Source of the DNA: Amoeboaphelidium protococcarum X5
Taxonomy: Eukaryota > Fungi > Aphelidiomycota
DNA: 64,000 nucleotides
Direction of reading: 5' to 3'
Assembly (NCBI GenBank): GCA_023515725.1
Contig: JALDTO010000200.1
Location: 669,123 to 733,122 of the forward strand
The translations under genes and the position numbers were made by a program. Shown here one piece after another: positions 40,018-53,101 of this stretch. Each line of letters opens with the position of its first letter. The stretch's first letter is position 1. Under the pieces are notes generated by a model. The model saw only the letters and a list, made by a program, of their open reading frames with translations. It did not search any database and was not told the DNA's origin.

Positions 40018-41374
40018 AAGTTAGATTTGACTGATAGTATTTTAAGAGCTTATCAAAGTTAAAAACAGACTTAAACTAGTGATGATTTCTTATGTTTGCC
40101 GTTAACAAAGTTACGGAGTTATCTTCATCATTTGTAGCTGGTTGGCATGGTAACGATAACGATGAGCAATCTGATACTGTACCGTAAAAAGTAAACTCGA
40201 GATGATTAGAGTGTAAATTGCACATACATTGTCAAATACTTACGCTTTAAGTATTATGAAATTCATTACTCAAAATCCTTAGATCAAACCAGATAGATTG
40301 AATTAACACATCCATGACCATAAATGAAGTATCTCACCAAACTGCACTTAAATACCATTATATCTATTCACTAAGCTTGATCAGACAGTATGTAAATTAA
40401 GAATAACGATAGAATATGTACGAGTATATTTCACCACAGAATAGAGTTCGTAGTTCATATTAGAGGCTTTTTATGGCGCTCTTAATTACAGATTTCAAAT
40501 AAGTTTTTCCAGCAATAATGGATCAGCATTCCTCTGTTCTAACACTGTATAAAGGCGATTCTACAAATAGATTAATGCGGAATCACACGTACGTTTAATA
40601 TCTCTCAGCAAAGACTATCATATGTATTCGTGATTTATTAAGAGTCGCACTACATTATACTTCAGAGTTATCTGAGCAACAGCGATATTGGCGTATACCA
40701 TATCAACAGATTGGATTGACTCAGATCAAACCATTCCGATACAGTAAATGCTTCAGCGATATCGTTAGGGACTTGAAATTCACCCTGCGCAGTTGCCACG
40801 TGAGTCTCAAACTAAATTCGCATCCAATCAATTTTTTACATCATTGGTGGCTGGCAGCATCATTAGATGTTTTAAATATTCCAAAAACTTTGGTGGCAGC
40901 TTCAGATCTATAGAAGTAGCAAACGCCTTGTATTACAGCAGAATGGGGACCTAAAACTCGCCCCGGGTAGTGGCCAAGATGGACGAGTACTGCAATTGAA
41001 TCCAGCTTAATCTCTACAAGACAGAAGGAACCATCATCAGATGTTTTACATACAGTACTCCAGGAAGTGAGTTCTGCACTTCACCCAACTTTTTATCAAC
41101 CTTCAAAGCATGAAGTTGTGAGATGCTCCAGAGTCTGCAACTACTCTTAATCCTTCGAGATGAACGTTTAATCATCAATATAAAAGGCAATCTTTGGGCA
41201 GTTCTTGATTATGCAAAGATGTAAACGCTTGATACTTATGGACTAAATTGATTTCATCCACTTTGCACCTTGGAGTTGTTGGTGGTACATTTCTTTAGCG
41301 TAGGGAACGCCATCCTTCTCATCCATTCATGACGTAGTTTGGACTGAATATGGTTAAGCTAAGCCAAATACTTC

Positions 41375-42040
41375 AGAAAGTGTAGTTTTCCAAACATTGG
41401 TCGGTAGTAATGCTGTCGTGGTCGTGCTTGCGAAATCCATTAAACCATCTTACAACCAGCCCGTCAAAAGGCACAGCATTGATAGCGGCAGCAATCGCAG
41501 TGTTTAGACTAATTTGTACATGAGGAAACCATCTGGTGCAACATTCTAGTTAGCCGCCACGACACGATTTTAGGATCGCAGCAATACTACTTACACGATA
41601 AACCTGGCCGTGCCCTTGAAGAAGATACACCGTAGAAAAACGTTTGCAGGATACCATAGCCACATCATAGCTCTCGTATAACCTGTTGCAAAATTCCGAG
41701 CCTTGACCGCTTACAATACACGCGGCGCACCGTAGTCAGCAATAACCTGCCACAGCACCTAGGCGACTTCATGCATTAACTTGTTCTTCAGAGGCCTCAA
41801 TGCGATGAATTTAGGACACAGGTCGGTGATGACCCAAATCAGATTTACTATATCCTAATGAGGGTATTTCACAGACAATGGCTCAATAACATCGAGGAGC
41901 ATTAAACTCATCAGGCTTTTCAATTGAACGTCCTAAATCTCAGCTCTCACAACAAATATAATTATATTCAAGGAGAATACGATTTCCTAAGAGAGTTGTA
42001 AGACTTACTGACAATTTGCAGGATATGAAGATTACAACGA
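41375..42040 (-). mobile_element. Degenerate LTR-retrotransposon (Ty3/gypsy-like) integrase relic
   Basis: LLDVIEPL...IWVITDLCPKFIALRPLKNKLMHEVAQVLWQVIADYGAPRVLQ, then frameshifted QVIREL*CGYGILQT and FSTVYLLQGHGQVYRVS. This is the rve core with decayed second Asp and Glu, internal TGA and frameshifts. Confidence 0.65.
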
Positions 42041-42175
42041 GCGCCTAATGGAATGATTAAGGGAACCTCAGCACAGTGCAATTAACGCGTTGCGTTCTGA
42101 TCGACATTTTTACGCTAAAGGGGACTAGTTATATTTTTACTAGAACAAAATAAGAATAATAATAATAGATAGCAC

Positions 42176-44125
42176 ATGTAAAAAGATTCAACAAACCAAG
42201 AGTAAGATGATACCGAAGTGGTGGTATTCGACGGTACGCATAGGGAAGTTATCTAATACATCCCTATTCATCGCCACGATTCATCGTCTATGTCTTCCAC
42301 GGCTGCAAGCTAATCATAGAACATGTCTAAGGAAAGCATTTAATTTTTTGAGTGGAAGTAAGGTTAAGAAGAGTATATTGCGTCTATGCTCCGACATGTT
42401 CATGGCAAACAGTCATAGCCGTAGTAATTGCCGCAGGTTGACGCGATATTGAATTGTATGTAATCTGTTGCAGAGATTGGAAGTAAGCAGAGGTGTGATT
42501 TATCTGAAGAGGAGTAAAATAAGTACTTGTCCTAGGTGAGTGAGAAAAAGTATTAAAAGTACACTGATAATAAGACAGTTATTGCCAGAGAGAATGAGCT
42601 GGATGGTCCATAAGATTTAGTGCACGCAATATTAAAGTCTTGTATGTCTGAGGCTCAACTGTAAGAATGGCAATGGTTTAAAAATTCACTTTTTGATTAG
42701 AAAAGTTTCGAGAAGCCTCTGAGTCCGTTAACTTTAAGAGTATATGGTCGCATATTGGCAAAGCCTGATTTTATGTTAAGCTTGAGAAGTGATATCGGTC
42801 AAATTGAGCTTGTCGGGCCTATGGTGGCGGTTAAGCGTGATTTCTCTATTGCGTTAAGAAATTCCAATAAATCCTTATCTGCTAGGTCTCAGTCTAGCTC
42901 TGGTCCTAATTCTAGAAGATAAAAGATTCAAGAAGAGGAAGAAGATATTCCTTCCGAGCAATTTAAAAATGAGTATGTTTGCCAGGCTACCAATTATGGT
43001 GTGTGCTTTATGTAACGTGTTTTCTCCATGTTGAGCATTGAGTAGGTGACTGAAATCTTTGGTGAAGACTGGTTTGTATATGTACCATTAATGTCTCATA
43101 GATAACTGAGTATTGTACGCGTGGATGCTCTAAAAATTGGTGTAAACGAATGCGTGTCAGCTTATTATACTCGTCCATGTACCGGGCGAGACATGGCCTA
43201 GTTGTTAAATGCTTGGTTTTAGTGGGCTGTGAGTGTGTTTGGCCAATTGATTAAAGTTAAAGATAAAATAAATGCTAAGAAATTTATATCATGCTGGATA
43301 CCTCCGCAAAGTATTGCCGACGCTTGTTTTAATGACAGCATTGACGTCAAGAAACTCTAGCCAATGCCTTCATTTTATAATCCATTGTATAGATATGATA
43401 ATGAGAAGGTGTTTAAATTTTATAATTGGTGGACTCTGAATTCATTGGGATTTAAAGGGGTACTTTATGTTACGAATTTGCGGGATTTAAATTTACCTTG
43501 GCGCTTAGTAGAAAGTATGCTAGTCATGCCAGTTTATCATGGTGACTTGTCCAGTCATCCGCTTACCTCGGCATCGGAGTTGGTCTGTGTGTTGAAATAG
43601 GTGGTAAAGAAGTTGAATATTATAATGAACGGTTTAACAAGGTGTCATTGTGACTTGAGGCCTCAGAATGTCTGCTGGAAGACGCCAGCTATGAATGATA
43701 TAGTATTAATTGACTTTGATTTGACAACAGTTATTGAATTGCCTGTCCCTAAAAGCAAGTCGGCGCACGACAATGGGCCAGAAGATATAGTTGGCAAGAA
43801 TCATGATCTTTGGGCTTTCGGAGTAATGGTATTGTAATTGACAACCCTGCCTTTTGATGGATAAAGTCGCCATTTGTTTAACTGGGATTGGGTCACTGAT
43901 AGAAGAGATTATCTTAGATTAGATCCTCAGCATCTCCCTATCGAAAATTTGGATGGTCAATTCAAGTTTAAAGACGTGTTTGAACCGCATAAGGAGAGAT
44001 TGCTCAAGTTGGTGGAAATGTGCTTGTAAAGTGACCAGTTTAGGTGTCAACTTAGCGGTGGCGACTATAGCATGTCCAAGTTCCTTGATGATTGGGAAAC
44101 TGAATTGTAAGCGAGTAAGAACTGA
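42176..44125 (+). CDS. Crinkler-like PD-(D/E)xK nuclease-fold plus protein-kinase fusion, copy A, 649 aa
   Basis: Intact TGA-free frame. KPDFML...GPMVAVKRD...YVCQATNYG (PD..xxK, QxxxY), then kinase VFKF, HCDLRPQN, LIDFD, DLWAFGVMVL. Confidence 0.7.
42267..44125. repeat. Left arm of a 1.86-kb inverted duplication (right arm 53102-54966)
   Basis: Reverse-complement match, about 97-98% by eye, with one 6-nt indel. Confidence 0.95.
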
Positions 44126-44305
44126 CAACTGACAACTGACCTGCTTTCGCTTATGGCACTGTGAAGAAGATAATAAATTGGCATTATAATACCTTAACTG
44201 CAACTGTATTACTATCCTTTTGATTTCTTTATATCAACTTTTCATAAACTCCACAGTGCTATTTCGCATCAGACATAACATCTAGAGTCTGTTACACGCG
44301 GTCAG

Positions 44306-45896
44306 TCATTAAATTGAATTGGCCGGAGAAACGTTAAGCAATGGCCCAGTCTCTAAGTGTGATGACTACACATATGGGTATCTTAGAGGCGACCCATTCA
44401 TAGATGTCCAGACAATCACGACCAGACACAGGAAAATTGTTGTAAATGCTATCAACACATTTGCGTTCAGAGCAAACTAAGTGGCAAATCCTACAGTAAC
44501 AGATACAATGGCACAAGCAACTTCTGCAGTCACAATTGCTCTATTTTAAAGCTTACGAAGCATTATACAACTACCGATAGAGGCGCTGAGCACACTTAAG
44601 AACGATATGGTGTATAACTTGGACAAAATGTGAATATCACCGTTGAATACGGCAAAAGTGACTATGATAACGACGGATACCCACGGTGATAATATTTTGG
44701 CTACTTTTTTGATGACCATAGATATTAGTATGGGGTAGAAAAAGTTCAGGAAGTATTCCCTCGGTCGACATCCGACTGGCTAGGCCGGCAACACCTACAA
44801 ACGCCGTTAAAATCCCAGCACTTAGCACAATAGCAGCATCTAGCGCCAAAATACTTCGAAAGCTAAGGCCACAGCATTTATGGGCAACCAATGAGAGAGC
44901 GACGTCTTAATTAGATGTAATGGTATACAGAGGAACTGAAGCGACAGTAATAGCACTCAATAAAGGATTAAAGATCGTGACAAGAATCCACAGATTTCGA
45001 AGAGTAGATTTATAAACTTTATAACCTTGTTATTCAATGTAATTTGAAGCAGATTCAAAGCCCGTAATGCCCAACATTCCAGCTCCAATACCAGCGATGT
45101 ATTGAGCAAACTACGTCTCAGGTGGAACTTAGAACGTTGATACCCAAATATTCTGCTTCAATGTAGCAAACTGATCGACAAAAATCACGTAATACAGACC
45201 CCAAATGCTCAAAGCCGATATTGATATTATGTGAATTACAAAGATGCTCAGTGCCACGTTTGAACTCTCTTAGACACCACGCAGTGCAACGTAGGTGAAA
45301 ATCAATAGCAGTACAATCGTTAATCCAAACACATTAACATTCCCCAGCTCTTGCGATACATAATTAGCCGCCGAGTTGGCTGAGACAATAGCAGTGAATA
45401 GATACGCCATTATTGATTAGATGGCGGCAATTGCAGCAAGTAGCCGAGACAGAGTCGGCGCCGACTTTAAAGGACGTGCTTGACGGGCAGTGTTTAATGG
45501 ATTTGGTGAACCATTTTACTAAAGATGAGATTAATTAAGTCTCTAATCTAGTAGAAGAAAGCAATTAAAGCTGGATCCATTCTGATTTATCTGCGAGCCA
45601 ATTTCCTGATATATCAAGCGAAATGGGTAGAGGACGAATATACAAACGGAGAGCAATGATAGTGGAGACAATACATTAGCGGCTGTTGTACTCAACCCAA
45701 CCGTATAAAAGACCGATGACAATAAATCATTTCCAGCGATAGCAGTTGCCTGATACTAGTTAAGATGCTCCTTCTACGCGTCGGCGTTAAGGAACAACTT
45801 GGAGCTCTTGATCGAGACGCCGCCACTAGGCTCGAAATCAGAGATTGCCTTTTATTAGTGATTTAACGAAGCAGGAATTTGAATTCGTAAATCCAT
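44306..45896 (-). pseudogene. APC-superfamily amino acid permease with a frameshift near 44690 and a lost or altered C-terminal domain
   Basis: LNQYQATAIAGNDLLSSVFYTVG, RGVQESSNVALSIF, GMLGITGFESASNYIE, LALDAAIVLSAGILTAFVG. The frame hits TGA at 44637; the remaining TM helices continue in another frame to TGA 44306-44308. Confidence 0.7.
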
Positions 45897-46385
45897 TGTA
45901 AAATTGATGATTCAAACTTATGCAAAATAAAGAATATTCAATTTTTGAATAGTTGAAATGGAAAGTTGAAGACATCACTTTCATATTTTTAGCCTTGTTT
46001 GAGCATTAAAGCCCAACAGTACTCGGCATGCCACTTTAAAAATAAACAAAATCTCGCCAGATAGCAAGTATGATATCCGAGCAATCGGAAATAAGTACGT
46101 CGGATTCATGTGAATTTGCTCTATCCAACATCCTGCCCGGGCGAAACAAATTAATACTCACGACAAACGATTGTCATTTGGCGAGAGATTTTCAGATGCT
46201 AGATACAGCCAATTATGCACAATATGATTAAGCTCAAACAAACCCGTGTAATAAAAGATGAATAAGAGAAGCAGTCTTGACTTAACAGCCCGGCTTTCTT
46301 CGTCTATAAGTATTTAAACTTCATAAAATATATTGCTTATTGCTATTCATTCCGACTCATACCTCACAGCCAAAGAACAAGGAGC

Positions 46386-47452
46386 TCAAGGCACTCTTTT
46401 ACCATTGGACGCTTCCAAAATAGCAAACCATTCTTGACGCGTCAGCTTTATAGTCACAGACTTTGCTGCGACCTCTATGCGCTTCTAGTCATTAGTTCCT
46501 AGAATCAAGCACATATTGCTGGGATGATTCAACAACCAAGCATATGCAACCTGATCAATGGAAGCATTATTATGATTTTTGCCAATCTTGGACATGGCCT
46601 CGCGCAAACGCTGAACTTGAGGATCTTCCGATTGCTAATTGAACAACTTTCCGCCGTACAGAGGGGACCAAATCATCGGACTAGATCTCTTCATCTGCGA
46701 GTAATCAAGAGTGCCATCATAGAATGGAGCGGTGTGCGCCACACTACACTCAATCTAATTAGTCACCAATGGGAACGGCAGTCTTGATTCCAGTAGCTCA
46801 ATCTAAGACGTTTTGAAGTTGGACACACCAAAATACTTCACCTTTCCAGATGCTTAAAGATCGCGGAAAGCCTCAGCCACCTCATCCGCATTCATGAACG
46901 GATCAGGACGATGGATGAGCAATATATCAAAATAATCAGTCAACACGGCGCGTAGAGAGTCTTCCACCTGGTGCATTATGTACTCCTTGCTCGTATCGTA
47001 GTGCTTCACATGTACATCAGGATGGCTAGGATTAGGAAATCTAATGTCACACTACAATTTACGTACTTTTCTGGTTATTGAAATGATAATAATAATATTT
47101 AAAAGACGGTAATAAAATTCAATTACCTTTGTGATCAACTTCATTTGTGATCTTAAAGATGGTTCCAATGCCAAAGCTTTCCCAAAAGCCACCTCGCATT
47201 AATGATCCCCACCACCATAGATATCAGCAAGATCAACTACAAAAGATGAGATGGAGATAAGATGTATACAATTGCGCACAAAGAACACTTACAACTTGTA
47301 ATGCCAAGGGAAAGACACTGCTTAATACGCTCCAAAACACTCTTAGGATCGGAGGGGTGAACTGATGGATTGTCCAACAATCTCCATGTGCCATAGATTA
47401 ATCTAGAAAGAGCCGGACCCTCAGGATGAACTTTAATCTCCGGAACTGTCAT
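46386..47452 (-). CDS. Aldo-keto reductase, bacterial YdhF-type; introns 47237-47292 and 47052-47126
   Basis: GPALSRLIYGTWRL, GITSFDLADIYG, QCEVAFGKALALEPSLRSQMKLITKC, HYDTSKEYI, LLIHRPDPFMNADEVAEAF, FGVSNF, LVTNQIECS, AWLLNHPS, LTRQEWFAILEASNGKRVP. Confidence 0.9.
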
Positions 47453-48001
47453 TTAATTAGCAACCATAATCGTCTTTGTCCAGTAAACTTTCTGTTGCGC
47501 GTTGAAAAGATTAATGCGTTCTAATACTAAGCGAGGACTATAGAGCGCGTGGCTCTCCTTGAGTCTTAACCATTCATTCATTCAGTTTCGTTACTGTTAA
47601 TAGGAGCACGCGTCAAATTGTTCTAAATTGCGTTAGCTACTAGAAATCTTGCAAAGAGAGCAGTAATCCGACATGATTTCTGTGCTATAATCAGAACGTT
47701 AAATTTATTCAAGAGCTTTTTTGTGACTGAAATTCTATTTAGTTCTAACAATTTTATGATTTATGTTCCTTGTAAAATGCTTAGATGATGGTAGATACTC
47801 TTTGTCTAGTAGACTCAAGATTATCAGTTAGGTGGTGATCGTGACGCTATGAGCAGAAGACGCCCGCAACACTAATCATAAAAATAACTTTTGTTGATTA
47901 GGCTTTTAAAAATAGCCATGATATTTTAATTCCAATCGTTTAACTCTCACATCACTTCACACCACCATTTATATTAGAATAAACTTTCCATTAAAAGCAA
48001 A

Positions 48002-51000
48002 ATGAAGCAGAATAGAGTGATAGCCAAGGCAAAGAGCCCAGCCAGCAGAAGGAGCGCCACGTTGAGAAAGCAGAGCTCAATCACCTCGTCATCATCACCT
48101 GTATCAAATTCAGAGCTGAAACAATCACTAAGAGAGTTTACAGAATCGTCTCCGAATTTATTATTATTGCCATCAAGTACAGAAGCTAGTCCTGATAGAG
48201 ATCACAATGGGAAGGACTCTGTATTTGTGAATGTGGTGGAGAAGACGACTGTATCGCGGCGATTATCAGTCTAGACCACCCCACTGAAATAAGGTGTGAA
48301 TCCTATGAATGATAACGCTCATGAACCTACTTCCCCTGTACTCAAGGAGACTAAACTGCTTGGAAAGTATCTTGGATAGTCTGAGCCTAATCTCACTTAG
48401 CGGTAGGATAGTTTGGTGGATAAGAAGAGTCGTGGCGATAAAGGAGTAGAAGGCTAAAAACCATCTGATACCACATCACAGAATTAATCAATTATATCAT
48501 TGTTCAAGACTCTTGCTGGTAAGAAATACTTTTCTGGATGGCTATATAAATGTAACGACCTTCAGCCAGATGGAGAGGCGTCGAGTGATTAACAATGGCA
48601 TTTATTTTACGTGGAAGTAATTGGAACTGCTCTGAAATTGTTCAAAGCAACGCCTACTATGACCACTGAGGTTGGTAAACTTTGTATGCTGGCCAAGCAG
48701 AAGGCTTTGGATGAGAAATTGTTGCAATTTGAGGCGGATTTGACTCGCAGCACCACTCCGGTGTATATCAGACTTAATGACGGTAAAGTAAAGTTTCTGG
48801 GTCTTTATCGGTAGAAGCATAATGGAATTTCGTTTCTGGTGGGGTATTTCTGTATTTCGAGTGCCGGTGTTAATAGATACTTGTTATAGACGCTGCCTTA
48901 AAGAGAATCGTAATCGAGCAACTGGCAAGAAGCCTTCACATACTAACTGTCTGTGACTTGGATCAATATTCTCATACTTGGTCAATTTGAAGAAATGATG
49001 CTGAATAATGCTTTCACGAATCATTTCTTATAGTCAAGACTGGATCTACGTGTCATTGAGGATTCAATACAGCATGAATTGAAGACTACTGGCGGGTTAC
49101 AGATGGAAGGTTGGTTGTAGGCTCGTCTGGCAGGATCGACCGACTGGAAAGAGTATTATTGTGTTCTTGACCGACAAATGTAACCATATCCCTCGCAGAT
49201 GGGCAGTCTGCAAATTAGAGGGCGATTGAATTTCTACTTGTCTCAGAAGGATGCAGAGAAGGCTGGTAAAGTTGGTGATAAGTCCAAGACTTTATTTTCC
49301 AAGAAGCGATCACCTTAGAAGTACGCGTGCTTTGAATTGTCTGATATCTATGACGCGCACATAGTCTATCCGGAGAAAGAATAGCTCATATAGTTGAATA
49401 CTTTATTCAAAGTTCATGGAGGATCGTACTCTATTGGTGGTTAGGGAAAAGATGTTTTCCACTGTCAATTTCCTCTCAACAAAGATGGTCTTGGTGAACG
49501 CGTTGATGCCAACAGTACTGAGTCGGATTCAGATGGAGTTGTGATTGCTAATTTTACCTTATTTCTTGCAAAGACTTAGACTGAGATGGTGCGTTGGCTG
49601 TACGCTATATGGATGGCTTTCGGTCTGCATGGGCGACAGTCTAAAACTCGTACGATGAAGATCAGCAGTTAGATTGACGATGCTGACTTAATTGATCAGT
49701 TATGCGACCCCAAGTAGTTGTTTCTATTGCCTCAGGATCTTTAGAATGACAATTTATCTCGGAATGAATAGGAGTAGAGCGTCAAATTTCTGAAAGACTT
49801 GGTCTTTGAAAAGGCTAACAATGCAGCGGCCACTGACAATAGTGAGCGATTTATGCCGCCCTTGGACTTGAAAATTGAAGCTCTGAAGTAGATGACTCCT
49901 TCCGTATCTATTGATAGTCCTGACTCTTCTGCTTCATCAGAGGTATCCGACTTTACTACTAAATCTCACCACAAAAGATCTAGAATGGCAGTCGGTTTAA
50001 ATCGATTAAATAGTCCGTTAAGTGCACTGACCTTGACATCCACGGAGGCTGAAGATTCTACTTTGTCAAGTACGGAATCGCAAGATCATGAAGATGAGTC
50101 TGAGGATTAGTTTGAGAAGCCAAAAAATAAGAAATTCTTCTAGGAGACAACATCGGAGTTGCTTATGAAGATTGATAGCTTCCCTGATGGTGCACAGGCA
50201 ACTTCTCGACTGTCGTAAACCTTTAGTGCGAATACATTTATTTCTGACTAGTCCGTATCTCCAGGTGTGCCCGAAATATTCTAAGTTGGTGAATCCATCG
50301 TCGAGTCAGAGTAGACTGAGGAGGCGGTGGTCATTTAAGAGTAGCCTACCGTTGAGCTGCCACTTAATATCAATGGTCAAGCTGAGTAAATCGCTTCTAA
50401 AGAGGATAGTGATGCCTCTAAGGATAAGATTGAAAAGTAAGAGATTGAGTCTGTTGTCGACGAAGAAGAGCATTTCAGGCGAAGAATAGTGTCAAGGTAG
50501 TCTGTGTCAAAGAAATCAAAATCTAAATCAAGCAGTAAAAGGTATAGTAAAAGCGGAAGAAGTAGAGTAAAGAGCACCGTCGGTAGAATCTAATCGGATG
50601 TCAGCGAAGAAGATGTCAAGTCAGTGCTGTTTGAAATTGAGAATGAAAGGTTGTTGATATCTCAAGAAAGGGAGCAGATGCGAAAAGAACTGGAAGATTT
50701 GAGGTAGGAGAGATAGAGATACACGACCGCAATGTCTGAAGTGGGTGGCTATGCAGCGTCGACCGTCTTTAATCCCAGCTACTACGCGCCACCGACTACC
50801 GGATACATGTATCCTTAGCAGCAGTAACCGATACCTCAGTATCCAATACTCCAGCAGTAACCGCCGCCTATATAAATGCCGCAGTTTAATGGCTCATTTG
50901 TACCAAAGATGCCGCCAGTGCCTGAGAAACTCTCATCTCCCACTCCATCAGAAAGCGCCTCTGTGGCTAATCTTCCCCTCGCATTCTCTGCAATGTCGAT

Positions 51001-51721
51001 GGCTCAGCCAGCAATGTCCTCAACTGACGCTCCATCTATGACAGGTGTTGGTCAAGGGTTGGTGTAGCCGAGTTAAAAAGTGCAGCCTCAGATTAGTGGT
51101 TTGGTGGCCTCGATTGCAGGGAAGACGCAAAATCGTAGTGCCACGTACGATCCGCGTGTTGGCTAGGTGGTTGGTATTGGGAGCCGTCAGCCCCAGTAGT
51201 AGGTGCTGTAACCAGGCGTTGTATTTGCTGGCACTAATAGAATGTCTTTCATACCGCAGCAAAATCCTAATGGATATGGTACTTTGCCTGGAGGTTTTCA
51301 GTTTGCTCAACAATAACCGCAAGCTACAAGTTATGCTACTCAGTATTAATAGCCTATGGTGCCACCTCAATTTCGTCCGTAATACGCGCCGATGTACTAG
51401 TAGCCGCAGATGGCATATCCATAGCCTGCATCACAAGTATACGGTTAATAAATGCCTCTGTACTAGACATAAAATCGAGCATCATATATCTAACAGCCTA
51501 CTCAGACTAATTTGCCTGTAAGTTATACACAACTCAGTGGGGTTGGATAATAATAGGCCGGCTAGTAGCAGATGAATTCTAAGTAAAACCGTTAAAGCAT
51601 GGCTTCTAGTGGATATGACTCCTCTTCTACTGATATGAGTGCCCCAAAAGTTGACTTGCGGTAGATTCCATAAAAGAAAGCTCCCTAGGCTGGTAAGCAG
51701 GGTGTCAAAAAATAAAAGTGA
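48002..51721 (+). CDS. Caf120/Skg3-family tandem PH-domain protein with Pro/Gln-rich tail, about 1239 aa
   Basis: KKYFSGWLYKCNDLQPDG...WHLFYVEVIGTALKLF, SSAGVNRYLL, MEGWLQARLAGSTDWKEYYCVL, IVYPE..LI..NTLFKVHG, MVRWLYAIWMAFGLHGR; TGA 51719-51721. Confidence 0.75.
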
Positions 51722-52274
51722 ATAATGGTCATGCAACGTATATAATAAAACTCGTATCATGATGAATATAGTTTTAAAATTCACAATACTAGTGTGCAAG
51801 TGAGAATTTTCACATGTCAAAGCAAAGCTTGTGCCATTCTAAATGTTGAAGCAATAATATAGTGCGCTTTATTATTACATTGTGATTTTAAAACGCAAAG
51901 TCATTAATTGATTAATAGACGCAGAACTGCTCTTAAAACAGTATTTTTAACGTCAATCAAGGTTCAAATACGATTTCACAGAGTCTGAGATAGATATGAA
52001 CTCACCAAAAATCTACAGTAAATCCAAGATCACGTTCGGCACAGATCTAGTGTTTACAGGAGAATCAAGAAGGCGAACGGAATAGCAAATTAGAGTGCTT
52101 ATGAGAGCATTTTCTCAATCAAAGGTGCTACAAGACTGAGAAGAGTTACTACTTTGACACCTTTGAAGTCACTGACAAAATTGAGGCGCAATAGACCATT
52201 TAGTCTACCTTCATATTCGGTCGCCGTTTAAAGCAAATCGCGCTCCGTAACTCGGGTCGTTTGAGCGAATCACC

Positions 52275-52988
52275 ATGGATGTCATTCATCAGTCTGTAAA
52301 CATCGAATCATCTTTACCGTGTTCACATCAGATTGCGTTAATTCTGACTCTCCATCAATTAAGAATTGAGTTCCTCATCTAAATATAATTGCATAAAGTT
52401 GAAGATATTGCTATGGATATCATTGCTAATAAGAGCGAAGCCGTTTTTGCACATTAGCTTGCTACGGTAAGTAAAAACTGGGTTGGCGATGTGATTAGAT
52501 CGTCTTTTAACATCTTCGCCTTTGTAGATTGCCGATAAAGTGCTGACTCTGATGGAGATATCCAAGGATGAGAGACCATCGTATTTATCAATTTTCATGG
52601 GGTGGTAATCAATCGAAGAATGCGGTCTTACTGATGATGTGTCTCTGATTAAGGTAGGACATTTATGCAGTTGATGTGTTTCAATGCTGTTTCGATCATC
52701 ATCGCCGGACTTGGCTGTTAAACGCGCGTGTAGGCTGAAACACTGTAAAGATTAAGCAACAAATTTGCAGAAGCGCATTGGTGGACATGGGACAATATTC
52801 TGAAGGAAGAATTTTAAATTCATGCTCTTAAGCTAATGATGGTCTAGAAACCTGGTAAGTTGCGCGTCGAGCAGGCCTAGTCTAAATTGGTTAATGCCGT
52901 TCGTACGTCTCAAACTCGTTCACTTTCTCCAAAGCCTGTCAGCAGAGCGCCCACTGTCTTGCCTTACATTCCTGCCGCGGACAAATGA
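52275..52988 (+). pseudogene. Degenerate frameshifted coding relic, possibly of transposon origin
   Basis: Protein-like pieces in three successive frames interrupted by TGA, e.g. AETLQRLSNKFAEAHWWTWDNILKEEFQIHALKLMM. Family not recognised. Confidence 0.3.
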
Positions 52989-53101
52989 AGCTGCTCGCGT
53001 CCATTACGCATCTTTAATAAATACTTATCTGTGAACGTGTTGTCCTAAAATATAATGTGATTACAATTAACAGTTATCATCTTTTCATATGCAGAAGCCG
53101 C

